A stretch of DNA of 64,000 bases, taken from Asterias rubens (taxonomy: Eukaryota). Under the pieces are notes generated by a model that made no database searches, was not told where the DNA came from, and saw nothing but the letters and a program-made list of their open reading frames with translations. Shown here one piece after another: positions 12,907-27,900 of this stretch. A program made the translations under genes and the position numbers. Location: positions 868,001 to 932,000 of the forward strand of contig NC_047071.1 of the NCBI RefSeq assembly GCF_902459465.1. The letters run 5' to 3'. How positions within the stretch are numbered: position 1 is the first letter of the stretch; each line of letters opens with the position of its first letter.

Positions 12907-15900
12907 GCATGGAAGACAAGAGAGGACCCAGTTTTACACATTGAGCTACGTCGGCAAGCAGATCTTCTTGTCATTGCACCCTTAGATGCTAATACTCTGG
13001 CTAAAGTAGCCAATGGAATCTGTGATAGTCTGCTGGTATGTAATCTAAATAACTGTGAAGAAAAAAATATTGTAAGTCCACGTAGTGTTTAAAGTCCCTC
13101 TCACTTGTGATAAATACCTGAAAAACTCACTTGTTGTAATAAATACCTCCAAAACATGCTTGTGATAGGTACATGTTCACGTGAAAACTTGTGTTCCGGA
13201 TAAGTACATTATAGAGACACTCTGTGGTAGAAACCAAAAACTCACTTGTTTTGATAAAAAACATGCTTGTGATATGTACTGTACACAAAAACCCACTTAA
13301 AAGTATACTACGTAGGTGAGGCTTGCGGTAGCACCATGTGTAAATCTCTTTTGAGTAGTGTTGGTTCTCTCCTCTTTGAACTTGTGCATTGTGCGTTCAC
13401 ACATGCACATTGTTAAACGTCAGCGATGACGACCAATCCGAGGGTCTATACATTTTGCTCAGCCGAAGACATAGTCAGGGTTAAATGTCATAATTGCATG
13501 TTTTGCATCAGGTGCATACCACTCAGCCTTTACTTTGGCCTCAGTTTCTCATGGAAGTTCTCTCATAGTCTCATATGAAAGAATTACTTCTCCCTGGAAA
13601 GCAGGTCGCCAACAGGAAATGTCAAAGATGGTCTAGCTGATGTCCTTGATGCACTAAGCCCGTATTGATTCGTTTCCCCTGAAGAGATGTTGAGATAGCT
13701 CTCTCATGCATGCCCTATTTCCCAATCCCTCATATTTCTCCGTTATAATCTAACATTGAAGAGAGAGGGAGAGAGGGTGGAGATGGGTAGACTGTGGTAG
13801 TACTCTTTTCACCTGCCCCCTTCTTTTTTCCCCAACCTGAACCACCAACCCATTTCTATTCTTATTCGGAGCAGCTTGAAAGTAATCAGTTTTGTTGTGC
13901 TCGGTCGTCGTCGTGTCACCTGCAAACAGGAAATTTTCCCCAGAAATAAGATTGGCAAACAAGTTGTAAATTGATGCAGTGAAATATGTCTCAGGGAAGA
14001 GCTAGCTGGATGTTGTACTACAGAATTGGTCTGGATGATGAAGTGATTGGACAATGTTGAATTTGTAAACTACATTTCTGCGTATGTGTTATTGCTGAGG
14101 TGCAGAGAGTGATTGCGGATGCTGTAGGGGACGGATCAGTCTTGAGTCACTGCAGGACTCTTAGCATTCCGTCCCAAAATCTTCTTGATTACTTTTCTGC
14201 CAGTTTATATCAACCTTCATTATGAGTTTTTGAAAAATTTGAATCAGGACTGTATAACACTCAAAGTATGTGACTTGTAGAAAATTTCAATAAGATAGAT
14301 ATTGCCTATTAGGGGCCAAGTTTAAAAACATGTTCTGTTGACTGCATGTTCAACTTGTGTCCCAAAGATGACAGCAGCAAAGCTCTGAGAAATATTTTAA
14401 GTTTCTTAGAGTACTTTGACAGTCTTGACTTTCAAAGCAGGTGGACAACATTGGTTATTTTCATAGACTGGGATCCACAATTTGTGTTACCCAACGTACA
14501 GATGAACTATCAACAACCTGTAAAAGTTTAAGCTCAGTCGGTCATCAAAATCACCCACGGGATGCATCTCCCCCTCTTCACAATTTTCCCCCTTATTAAA
14601 ATGTTCAAACACACATGCTGCTCTTTAAAAAAGAAAAACATCTGATAGGCCACTAAAACCCATACAACAATGTAATGTGACGCAAGTTAGGATCCGGGTC
14701 GGGGGGAGGGGAATGAGCCCTGGAGAGATTCACTCTGTTGTTAGAAAAAAGTAGTTATTTTTGTTACATTGTGGGCTTAGCATTTACTTCTCCCAAGGCA
14801 CCTTTTTATTTGTTTGTTCTTACATGGGCAGTAAGACTAAATTAGTCCAAGTGTGGTAGCACTAACAAAACGCATCATAATGTTGTTGTGTCAACCTTTT
14901 GTTGAAATAAGTTCAAAGTAGGGCATTGCTCTTAGAGAAACAAGATTATCTTAAAGGCACTGGACACTTTTGGTAATTACTCAAAATAATTGTTAGCATA
15001 AAACCTTACTTGGTAACAAGCAATGGAGAGCTGGTTGGTAGTATAAAACATTGTGAAAAATGGCTCCCTCTGAACTAATTTTCACTAAAAATTTGAATTT
15101 GACTTTGAGACATTGTGAGTCGGACCTCAGAATTAGATTTTGAGGTCCAGAAATCAAGCATCTGAAAGCACACAACTTCATGTGACAAGGGTGTTTTTCT
15201 TCCATTTATCTCGCAACTACGACTACCAATTGAGTTCAAACTTACACAGTTTTGTTATTTTGTGCATATGTTGAGATACACCAAGTGAGAAAACTAGTCT
15301 TTGACAATCACAAAGGTGTCCAGTGTCTTTAAGACAGAGACAGTTTTCAGAAACATAGCTGTTTTTGTGGACTTTGTCTAGCATTTTGTCTAGTGTAATT
15401 CAGGAAATCTACCTCCATGGTAAATGCTAATAATAAATTGTTTTTCAAACAAATTGTGTAGTCTAACTGGCTCGGCATGGAGCAGAATAACATGTGCTTG
15501 TCATCATTTCATAGGTCCAATTGGATAAATACGCAAATCCTCTACTTCCCTCCTATAAATCCAGCCACTGCATATACTGTTTATGCCCAATCTCTTCATC
15601 TGTGTATTTGTCAGTCCATTATACATTTATCCCCAGAGGGAGAGAAGTGTAGATCGGATCAACACGATCTACAGGTTCAATGTACGCTTGCTTTCCTTTC
15701 ACTCTCAACGCAAGATACTTCGCGAAATGTTGTGAGATAATTGCAAAAACAATATCGCAGATGTTTTCCGAACCCGAGCCGAGTGATGGGTCATTCAAGA
15801 GCACGGAGCTACCTTCTTTATCATGGCTGCGGGCGCTGCTTTTTCCCTCCATAACTTGCAGTTACACAAGCTTGCCATACTCACTTATATTTATGGCTCT

Positions 15901-18900
15901 GTTTAATGCCTCCCTCTTGTATGTTCATCTCCGCCAGCGGAGTGGATAATCTTTGAACGAAACCAGGAAACAAATATCATCTCCCCTGAGGGGAAAACGG
16001 AACTAACCTTAAACTGAATAATAACGTCAATGGAAATCTCCTTGCAGGATCTCTTCGTTGATGGAGAGTTTATGCTGAATGAATTCTAGGGCGGAACTTT
16101 TTATCTTGATGACTATTTGAATAAAGAGAAGATGACAATGAATAAGCATTCAATGCGATGCTTTCTGAGACTTCCATCCCCACACTTTTTATGCTTCTTT
16201 AACTGCAAGTTAATGTAATTAAATAGCCTGTATTATGTTACATAGAATCTTTTTGTGTATTGCGCTGTGGGAAAAACAGAATCAAATGTCAAGTAATAAA
16301 CCACAAGGGAAATTGACTGGGTATATTTTTAAATAACTTCTACGGTTTAACAAAGAAAAATTGTGGGATTTGAACCTGTGACCTCCAGATGAATCATGCA
16401 GAAATCATTCTGAGGGTTGGTGTCCATTTCCAAACTCTGTGGCCAGCGATGTCGTTGCTAACTTGCTGCCACCTCACTAAACATGGATAGATTTGATGGT
16501 CTTGTAAAAAATACTGTGACAAAGTTTTGCTGTTTTCTCAGCAAGTTGACGCTTTATCCAGCTGAATTTTTCACATGTGACTTTTATTGTATCTTTCTTT
16601 ACAACCAGACAACTTTGCTTATAAATCAGCATTACATTGACTATAACCAATCTATGACCCTACCTTTGTGCGTTGTCATATCTTATGTTTAAGGCCTCTG
16701 CACAATTTCATCAAGCTGCAGCTGCTAAGATGGATTGCAACAGGCATCATCGGCCGCCATATTTGATGAATTGTGCCCGCGTGAAGAGCTACCACTGGCT
16801 GACAGTCACGCGCAGTGTGTACACATGTGCACTTTTCCTTGTTAATTCATGTAAGGTGGCGGCCAGCGCCGCTGACGCTTCATTGCAACCCATCTTTTCA
16901 AGTTTATGTAGGACCTCAAATTTAACAATTAGTGTTTAAAACTTTTTAAAGCTGGGCTTTCTGCTGCAACATAACTGTCTGAGACCTGGAAAGTTTGACA
17001 ACACTACTAAAAAACACAGTGCTTTATTAAAGTACATCGGCTCTTTCTATACAACATTCACAGTGCTGTATAAAAAGTGCATTGCCTGTCTCTGCAACAA
17101 GCGCAGTTGTCATGTTGTACCATATAAAAAAGTACATTGCTTTCTCCTATTCCAAGTTCCTTTTTTCTGGACAAGGTAATTTGTCAAGCAAATTGACTAG
17201 AGAGGTTTGGTGGAAAGTGCATAGATGTGCAAAAAGGTTGATTCCTGCAACACAGGTATATAATTCTTTATCTGCTTCGATTACGCTGATTGTGGAGACT
17301 ACCTGTCCGGCAGAATGAATTAACCTACATCATTCTGACAGGTTGAATGCCCTGCTCCCGGAGTCGAGTATTCCCAAGTCCTTTGTAGAGTTTGTTTTCT
17401 TCAGTAATTTGGAAATGAGTAGAAAAGAGTCAACCACCATTGTTGACGCTCTAGACTTTATCCATGTTTAAGAATCCATCCAGTGATGAATGAGTTCATA
17501 CCTGGCAAAGCCTGCGGACAATAAAGTCTAACCTGCAGCAGTCTATGAATTAAAGGCTTTTAGCTTGCAGTGCCCCCCCCTCTTTGTCGGACCTATGGAT
17601 GTTTCCAGGTTTTTTTAAGACCTAGTCTTGACAATGATGATTGTTGTCTGTGTGGGTTTTACTCCTGGCGCTCTCTAGAGGTTTATATGGCAGCATTCTG
17701 CCACCGACTGTTATACATGTAAGTGTATTTTTAAAAATCATCATCCGGTGACTTAATACTATAGCTATTGTCACAGATGTACTCTGTATTGATTTAGGTG
17801 AAGGTTAGGACCACAAAGTCAACCCACTTCAAAAACCCACTGAAGGTGAGATATTATAACGAATGAACGGAGAACAAAATAAACTCAACGAGTGGCACTC
17901 ACACATTAACAAATGTAAATTATTAGAATAAAAAGCTTTTAGCGAGTCCCCGGTTGAGCCATTTTTAGTCCAACTAAAACAAGATGAAACAAAAAACCGG
18001 CTTTGAAACTCAATGCGGCCTGAAAAATATACATCCTAGACCCATCATTTCTGTTCTGATGACCCCTGGGAGAACGTCCCATGGTGAGGAGTTTGACCAC
18101 CGTCTGATTATTCATTGGTTTTCTTATCCTTTGGACTGTCGGTTTTAGAGCTGTCAAGATCTGGTGGTCAGAATATTCAGTTCACCTTAAACAGACCCCT
18201 TTGAGAAATCACTCTTGATGTCACTCTCTTGTTGAATTATTTTGAGTGCTTTGAACTTTTTAGAAAATACCACAAGCACTTGTTAGATTTTTCTCAAGTG
18301 GAAATTGTGTTTGCTGGAATCAACTTTTTTAAGGAGAGAGGTTGATTAGGGAGGGGGGAGGAGGTTGTTTTGGTAAATGCTCCATGTGCTGACAAACCAT
18401 GGACAAACCCGGTGTTTTGAATACCCCTTATGGTTGTGTAGCTCTATAGACTGGTGCTTTGGGCATGTTGGGCCTCCAGAAACCAGCCGGTTTATGTTTG
18501 TTTGTAATCCCTTGTGATCTACATTACAAGCTCTGGCGCTTCTGTTCAGCAGAGTGTGGGTTTGAATCCCGGTCATGACACTAACTTGTGTCCCTGAGCA
18601 AGATACTTAACTATAATTGCTTCTCTCCACCCAGGGGTAAATGGGTACCTGTGAGGGCAGAGATGGTTCTTGTGATTGATTTAGCCGAGTAGCGCATAAT
18701 TAATGTTGCACAAGGCTGTATACTCCCCATCAGGGAGCTGAGATGGTTTAATGAGTGAATTAAGGCCCATTGACCAGGGGTAATAATGTGAAGTGCTTTG
18801 GGACACCCTCCGGGTGTGAAAAGCGCTATATAAAAACGGGTTACTATTATTATCATTATTGTTGGCAAGTCGTTAAATGTTTGCCACAAGCATTGGACCT

Positions 18901-21900
18901 GCTTCTCGCGACACTTGCTATGTTCCTGCGAGTATGCTGGCCCTCGCAAGACTAGTGTTCTCTCAACTACCGTCTCATTTGAGGGAGTAGCAGACGGGAG
19001 CCAGCAGTCTCGCTTGAGAGCAGTGATTTTGCAAGAGAAGTCTTCGATCGCAGAGTGGAGCTGAGTGCATTCTGCTTCCACCGTGACGACTATCAATGTG
19101 ACAAACATTAACGACTCGCCCACAAGGATCAAGGGTTAGGATTTACTTCAGGGTTGTCAGAACATTGGGATGTCGGAACACAGGTGTGTAAAGGCCACAT
19201 ATCGTCAGAGAACTAAGGGTACATGTGTACGTACGTGTACATATGTGTAATATCTGCCTTAAAAAATGACAAAACTGATTGAACCAATTAAAGACACCGG
19301 ACACTATTGGTGCAAAAATCTAATTCCGAGGTCTCTAAATCAAATTTGTGGAAAATTACTTCTTTCTCGAAAACTACGTTTCTTCAGAGGGAGCCGTTTC
19401 TAAGAATGTTTTACACTATCAACCTCTCCCCATTACTCGTTACCGAGTGTGGTTTTATGCTAATACTTATTTTGAGTAATTACCAATAGTGTCCACACTG
19501 CCTTTAACCTTACACCATCACATAGTAAATCGTGACCATTCCGTTTTTGGTTGTCTGGTTCCCTGTGTTTGTTCAGTAAGTATTAAGCAGTGTTTTCAAT
19601 ATGCACTTTTTTTGGAAAAGCGCATGTTGGAAACATTGCAGTGAATAAAAGAAAAAGAAAAAAAAGGACGATTAAAAACAAATAATCTAGGCCAGCCAGA
19701 ACCAACAAATAGTGAAAAATGTACCTGATAGTCCTAAAGGCAATATTGATTGATGTGGAAATTAACTTCTCTATAAATGAACACAGTAAAATAGTATTTC
19801 ATAAGAAAGCTTCAACTAAAACAAGATGCAGGCTTTTAAGTAATAATAATAATAATAATAATATCGAAGTCTTATATAGCGCACGTATCTACCAAACAAG
19901 GTACTGAAGGCGCTGTATACAAACTTTCAGAAAGATAGGTTATTGCAGTGATGGATTCTGAGACCCAATTATGTAGAACTTATAAGGGTTTAACAAGGTG
20001 CTACGGCACATTAAGCAGCCACAACCAGGAACACCGGGGCAAACCCCCTTCTCTTTTCGATAAGTGCATCTGGGTTCATTTACATGCTTTACACAACACA
20101 AGCGATGGTAAAGTGTCTTGCTTATAAGGACACAAGTGTCACAGCTGGGGATTCGAAACCACACTCTGCTGATCAGAAACACCAGAGTTTGAGTTCGGTG
20201 CTCTTAACCGCTCGGCCACGACACTTCCTTGCTGCATTATCCCACAATGTTAAACTGGAATGCGCTTGGAAATTATTCAGGCTAAAGTAAGCTTATAGCT
20301 TTTTACTCTAAACTTTTTTGTGATGTTTGAAATTGTTATCATCTAGGCTAAAGCCTGTTTCATACTTCCTGCTAATGTGAATGCGATACGAGTTTTGATG
20401 TCACAAATATATTGCATTTCGTAGAAATGTGCTCAACTTCAGCAAACATTCGCTGCGAAAACAGCCATGTGACTTAACAATTCATAACGCATGCTAATTT
20501 GCTGGAATTAGAACTGAGCTTTAATGTTTTGTGGCGATGATTCGTTTAACATTGTTTTGAAGTTCGAGTCTCAAAGTTTGAGACGAACCAGCTGGCTGGA
20601 GTCTACAATTGATCAGGATTAAACTCTAGTATAAGCACTTGCCTGGATGGATGGATGACCGTCTTTCTTATACTTATTAGATAGAGTCTCATGGGGGGGG
20701 GGGGGCTTGGGGCTTGGTCAAGTACAATGTACAAGGAGACCTCTACATAGAATGACCAATTATTGATTGGTTGATCGTGGACAATCCATCCAGTGCTGTT
20801 GCCCTTTTGGCAAGCCCAGAGCACAAGAACTAGACAGTGAGTACAGAGACTGCTGGGTAAAGGGCCGCGACTTGTTGTTCTGGCCTTGTTTAACACTCTG
20901 TCACCCTTTAGCTTAACACTACAGGGACGCTGAGGTCACATCCTTTTTTTTTACGGACAAAGACTGGCTATCGTCCAATGATTTGCCTCCTTTTGCCTCA
21001 GTGAGGGCACTTTTGAGCCTCGGTGAGGGCATTTTTGGAGAGTATGACATTTGCAAGGGATCTCAAATCTAAACTATTGAATTTACATGTACTTCCTACT
21101 TATTTTGAGATATTTGTAATAATTAACACTATGTACTAAGACTATTAACTGACGATGTAAATTTTTGCTTTAAATACCCGGCTTGCGGACAAACATTTAA
21201 CTACTTGCGCGATCAACGCATCATCAGCGTGCCTAACTGAATTCTGAGACAGTCCGTACACGCAAGTAAACATAAAACTTGGACATGTATACTGCCAGTG
21301 TACTTTTAGTTAAATTTGATTTGTTGTCTGAGATCTGGGTACTGAGCTTCTATTTTTAGTGTTAGTGGGGGGGGGGGGCATTTATGAATTTACCAGGGTA
21401 ATATCATGAATATAGGTTGGTCACCAGTTGACATGTACTTCTTTTTTGTCATTCTAAAGTGTTTCTCAAGTTTAACAAACAGGTTTTTTAAATTTTATTA
21501 ATGTGCTAAGTTCTGTCATGTCTGTAGGGCCATTTACTGTCTGTAGAGTCCACTATTATAAAAACGTGCAAACTTGCTACATGTAATCTTAAGCTCTGAT
21601 TCAGCACGTTGATTGTGGCATAGACATGTGGTACATGAAATTTTGTATTTATTTCAGGAAGAATTAGAGAAAGTAGATCAGCATAACTTATTCTCCCTGA
21701 AATATTTTCATAAAATTGGGAGTCTAATACTATCTTGTCACCATGGAAACAGATTTGATGTAAATATTTTTCGTTCGACTCTCTGTAAACGTCCAGCATC
21801 TACATTTCTGAAATTTAAGCTGTTTGCCTTTCCCACAAGTGGATCCTTCCTCGATCGTTCTTGTATTTTGGAATACCCGTAAGTATACATATTACCTTAC

Positions 21901-24900
21901 TCAAGATGTGTCTGTACACACTGGGAATACAAGTCTGACTACGTGCTAGAACTTGGCAATGAGATTCTACACATGTTCACGATCAACGCATCGAGTAATA
22001 CGAAACCTACTCTATGCACGTCTTGGTACAAAGTACTCCTGAGGACTAGTGAGCCGGGTCGGTTTCATTTATGTTGTCTGGTTTGGTCTAGCTCTAAGTG
22101 AAGCCGAGGTATAGTTTGTGCTTACAGCAAATCGAAGATGAACCGAGAGAGCTGAGGGAAAGTGGTGGGGTACGTGGGGGGCCCCTGAATATTTCAGTCC
22201 CCAGAAGCCACTTGAAGACTAAAAGCGTGAGCTTGCACACATACGACGCCACGCACGCTTGCACATATGTCGCAGGGGAATTTGGGTGCCTGAGTACTAC
22301 TTCACTCCTGTTTTGTTTTCTTAGTAGTCCCTCGGCACAGAGGTGTTCTACATCGACGTATGCTCTTCAACTCTTGCTTGTCGTCTTGCAATTTGATTGA
22401 AACTTGATTCGTATATGCATGAAGAATTCCCCTCTATTCGCGGGAGACTGATTGCTTTTGCCCTAAATGAAATAACAAATAACAAGAGGGGGTCGCTTCA
22501 CCCCTAAAATTTGTGAACGGTTGGTCTTGTGTTAGGGGAGGCTGGCAGATCTGCATTTGTCTGTTTGCGTGTAGACGCACAGATCTGTGCTGGACGACTG
22601 AATTCCAATTACATAAATGGGTCGTTAATCTGCAGTTAGAAGGATGCAAGTATTTCGAAGCAAGTATTTTGGTTTTGTTTTCAACCTTCTGTCATTCTTG
22701 AATGCCCAGCCAATCTTTCCCGTGTTATTTGACCTTTTAGGAAAGAGGTGGATACATTAGGGTATACAAGCAGCTTTCCCTCTAAAACTCAAGCAGGATG
22801 GTCGAAAGCCAAGTCTAAGACTTTTGAATGCTGTTGAGCAGTTTCAGTACCAAATCATTTTGCTTCAGAAGCATCTTGCAGCGTTGAAGCCAGTATTTCT
22901 TTCTGGCCGAGGGGACATTTTCACATGTGCCAGACCTGTCTATGTGCCAGAGACGAGGGAATAAGGAAGAAAATTGGTTGAGGGATGGTGGATTAAGTTT
23001 TAACCATTCTACAATGTGTGAAGACAAGTAATACAAGTATACATAATACATAAAAGACTGAAATACTCATCATTTTTTGCTCTTATGCACATTGCACACA
23101 GTATAAATGATGTTTGCCAGTCTGTACTCAAAAATAATATCAGCAGAGATGTATTTTACAGTTTGTGAAAACAAATGAATAGCGTTGTTTTGCCAGGCCG
23201 TGCTCAAAGAAGCACTGCCGTTTGTGCGTCATTGGATTGTCAGGCATTGCAGGAAAAATATCCACAGGCGAGGAATGTGCCAGAGTCACGAAGTCATGCG
23301 TTTGATTTGGGTGCAGATTGCCTAAGGATCTCACCCTTTTTCTTTGCAAGAAGGTCTGTCAGACGGTTTAAAGGGGCAGTTTGGATGATGCAGCGTAACT
23401 GCATGAATTGTTTGCAAGATTTTAGTGTTTTTTTTTATATTAATAATAGTAATAATAATAGTAGTAAAAATAATGAAAAATTACATTTGTAAAGCGCCTA
23501 ATGCAAAAGCCTCTAAGCGCAAAGAGAACAATACAATTTACAATGGGTGAAAGATACAGATATAACAAGTTTTAAAAAAGCAGCTTCAAAACTTAAAACT
23601 TAAAACAGTTTTAAGAACTAGCCAGGCAAGTAAAAAATAAAAACAGTATTTTAGACAAAAAGATTGCATAGAGGATTGATTTGATACAATTAAACAAGTT
23701 CCTTACAGCCGAAGGCCTACATTACATGAACATAATATACACATATTATAATACTGTAGGTTTGTATAAAATGTATAATCAATGAGCTTTCAGATTGAAA
23801 CTCCTTTAATTTGGATAGAACTACCAACTCTCTATTTTGTCTTGAAACGTTAATTGCCTCTTTCTTCACCAGACATGTATTGTGCGAGCCTGGGATTCAG
23901 CAAAGCCTCTGCTTATCTGCCCAGCCATGAACACCCACATGTGGGATCATCCCATCACTGCTGGTCAGATAGATACACTGAGGGCCTTCGGCTACCAGGA
24001 GGTGCCATGTATCGAGAAGACACTAGCCTGCGGAGATACCGGTAAGATGAAGATGTAAAGCTTTTAAGGGTGGGCCAAGTGCAAAGCTCAACTGGATATC
24101 ATGAGGAAGGAATTATGTTGGCTGGCTATTACTGGGTTAAATATATCTCCAAGCATTTAGCATTTGTGTGTTTTCTTCAAGGAGTCTCACTCTCTTGCTG
24201 GAATAGCAACAAAAAAAGGGAAACAAAAGAGATGTAGAAGTATTATTTGATATTATATATGACAAAGAAACCATAAAAGTAAGAGCAATATATTAAAGGC
24301 ACAGTGTACCTTTGGTTTTTGGAACCGTTCGGTTGTTGTGAGCTATATAAACATAACCTGTGAAAACTTCATTTTAAAAGATGGTAGCTTTTTTGAGATA
24401 TCGTCGAAACTCTGGAGTGGTTATGTCCATGGAGGACATAATCCAAAATTGGAAAACACATTCTAAGAAAGGTTTCTTTGAAATTTTTGATTTTTTTTGT
24501 CTTCTTCAAATTGGCACCAAACTAATGACCTAGCATCTCTAAGAAGATACAAGTTATTTTGACTATTACAATTATTTGACAATACTAATATCAATCAAAA
24601 CAGTGGGAAGATAAAAAAAATAAAAAAAATCCACACACAAAGAAAATGTTAGGTATTACTTAAAACAAAAAAATGATAATACAAATTGGGGAGATAATTT
24701 GTTAAGAAACAGGTAAATGGACAAAGCAGAATTGAAGTGAAACAAAGAATGCTGTTCTTGCCGGCATGTTGAAAAGTTGTTTTTAAACTGCCTGAAAAGT
24801 CTACAAAGGCCTGTACTAAAGAAATGTGCTCTATTTTTTTTTCAAGGCCTAAATACCAAGCTTGACATATAGGGGCGACGGTGGATAGAAAAAGTCCTTT

Positions 24901-27900
24901 CTAGTTTGCTGACAATCTGCCATAGGGATATTGTCTTATGTTGAAGAGGGCCCAGTCACGCTCTCACCTTGTGCGGTGTATTTTCAATTTCCCAATCAGA
25001 CCTGAGCAGACCCAATTCTAAATTTGCGACAACAAGAAATCCAGTGACAAATGTTTACAACAAAAACAAGGGTTTGATTTTATTAGCCATGCTGTCGTGC
25101 CCGGGAGAGGAAAACAAAAATCCATCAGAAAATGTCAAGGAATAGGAGTTAAGGTTTTCCTGTGATCGATTAGTTCTTGTGAGGCTGCCACCACAGTAGT
25201 CTTGCTCCGTGTGTTCAATGCCAAGAACAAGTTCTGATAATGACCTTTAGTCAATTTGCAGTTTTAATTGTGCATGTTTGGAACAGTGTTTCACTCTAGT
25301 TGATCGACAGGTCAAAAAGAAATAATTGTAACCCATGACTTTAGTCAGGGGATGACGCCTGATTGTTAGATAAAAAAAGTGTTAGTGTGTCTGTTCACAT
25401 TCTTAAATATCTCTACATAACTTGAGAGCATAATTATTAAGTTTTATACTGGCAAAAACCCACAACTGTTTAACTTACATATTGGACTACTGCACTGTAT
25501 GAGATAACTGTTAAAATTTACTTTGCGTATGATCACAACAAACTTTCTCCAATCTGTCTAGAGTACTATCCTAGAGTGACATCTACAATCCAGGGACGAA
25601 TGTTGTTGGGGCCCCACCCCCGGGCCCCCATTCAATGTTGGTCCTCATTGCACGGTCTCCAACTCCAGCTGAGGTAAACAACAACATTGAATGTGGGAAC
25701 AGGGAGGGGGGAGGTTTGTTCAGTTTCACATGGCCCAAGCATTTCGGCTGGTTTTGTAGATAATCTATATGGTATAGTCAACACGAGTCAGCCGCCTGAA
25801 CTTGCTCAATAATGAATACAGATTGTTGTTGTCCTCCTAGCCTTGTTTCACTTAACATTGTTTGATGTGATCAAGGGGACTGAGGTAACTTTCAGTTGGG
25901 CATCAATTGTCTTCAGTGCCATAGAAAACTGAAAAATGCCTTCAAAAGTTGTGTGTGGCTAGTAGTTTTATCCCCCCGAAAATAGTTCTGTCCAAGCATG
26001 CTGTAGATTTATCAAAGCCACACATCTTATTCATAGTTTGCCTTAAAATGTTGGTGCATATAGACAAGTAACGTTTACAAAACATAACCTCTTGCATTTC
26101 TGGGCAGGAAAAATAGCACTAACTTGAGAAATGTTATGTTTTGAGCATGTGACCCCCACCCACTTTATTTAATAAGTTGATTAATTCTTACATGATATGC
26201 ATGTAATGCATACAAATGGATGCAATTAATAAGGTGCTCAAGGTGTTGAACATGTTAAACAAAGCGAAAAATTATTGAAGTTTATCATTAATGAAACTCA
26301 TAGAGCACTATAGATAAGGGTTTACAAGTTCCGCAAATACCGGGGAATCAAGCCCCTTCTCTTAGCGATGGGTGTAACCGTTTTTAAACTTGAATTACAC
26401 AATATAAGAGACAGCTCTTATATCGTTGCGGTACCCACTGCTAAAACATAGGATTCAAACTGCCTCTAGCTACCGGGCAACCTTGGTAGTCTAGTTGATA
26501 AGACACTGCTCTAGAATTGCAAGGGTCGTGGGTTCTTTATGTCCTACTCAAAGGACAAAGCTAACAACTTGCACCAATGTCAAGACCAGGACTCAAACCA
26601 ATCCTCAGCTGATAAGAAACTTCAGAGATTGAGTCAGGCTTCACTACTCAGCTACGACTAACCCTTGTGTGACATTTCAAAACCTGTACTTTTGAGTCTA
26701 AAGAGTTTCTAAAAACCCTACGTGACAGAATAGCCAATAAAGAATTTACTCATGAACATACCAATAAACTCGTCGCCATTCCAATGTAAAAATTTCTATA
26801 TAGTCAGTGTTGCATTTCAATCACAAATGCCCGCCGGTCTGCCAGCTACTGTTTGTTATAATACATAAGTGAATTTTTATTTGGACTTTGCAAAATTTAT
26901 TGCTCTTCCCTTGATATCCCATCATCTACGGTCAGTATCGTGAAATAAGGAGGGTCAAATGAAGGAAGAGAAAGAAAAAAAGAGCAAAGACAGAGAAGAA
27001 ATTGCTTGAATCGTGCATTGTGATTCTTGAGGGAAAACAACCTGGCTATCGGCAATCTATGGTCCAGGTGCGGCAATCCCATGAGGTTGATAATTTCCAA
27101 CCTCTATTGTGTCCCTCGTTACAAAAGACATTTGAAATGATTTGATTGGATGCTATTCAGCCTCAGGTTTTTCTTTCGTCTGCGAAACATGAGGGAATTT
27201 CCGTGCAATAAAACGGATCCTTGGTTGATGAAGCTCACAGTTTTACTTGTCCTTTTATTCTCTCAGTCCCTATTGTATATTGCCTTGCTCGCTGAAAGAA
27301 ATTTACTCTGCAAATCATACGGACAGATTGGCATGTTTTCACTTGGTTTTAAAGTTTTTAAGTGTAGTTCTTCTGGGGAAAGTTGTTTCATAATTTTTAC
27401 TGCATTTTAATGATCAGAATATAATATTTTTACCATAGAAAAAAGTTTCTTAATTACTTTAAACAATGTATATAATTCAAGTCATGTTTAAGTTCTTTGG
27501 TTAGTTGTTTTAAACTTGTTTTAACCATGGGAAAAATCTCTCTATTGGTAATTGTCAAAGACCAGTCTTCTCACTTGGTGTATCTCAACATATGCACAAA
27601 AACTAAAAACCTGTGAAAATTTAAACTCAATTGGTCGTTAAAGTTGTGAGATAATAATGAAAGAAAAAACACCCCTGTCACACAAAGTATGTGTGCTTTC
27701 AGATGCTTGATTTCGGGCCCTCCAAAATTAATTCTATCAAAATCAAATTCAAATTTTTTAGTGGAAAATTACTTCTTTCTCGAAAAATACGTCACTTCAA
27801 AAGCTCTTCTTTGCTCGTTACCAAGTATGTTTTTATGCTAACCATTATTTTTTAGTAATTAGCAATAGTGTCCAGTGCGTTTAAATAAAAACAAAAACAA

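Noticed and set aside
13330-14200. Possible LINE endonuclease/RT remnant on the minus strand (also ~11400-12030 and ~24780-25260)
   Set aside because: Only vague motif resemblance (LFAGD, NQYG), too degraded to support without a profile search.
18611-19132. 173-aa minus-strand ORF
   Set aside because: It spans a SINE and a palindromic MITE and has no recognisable domain.
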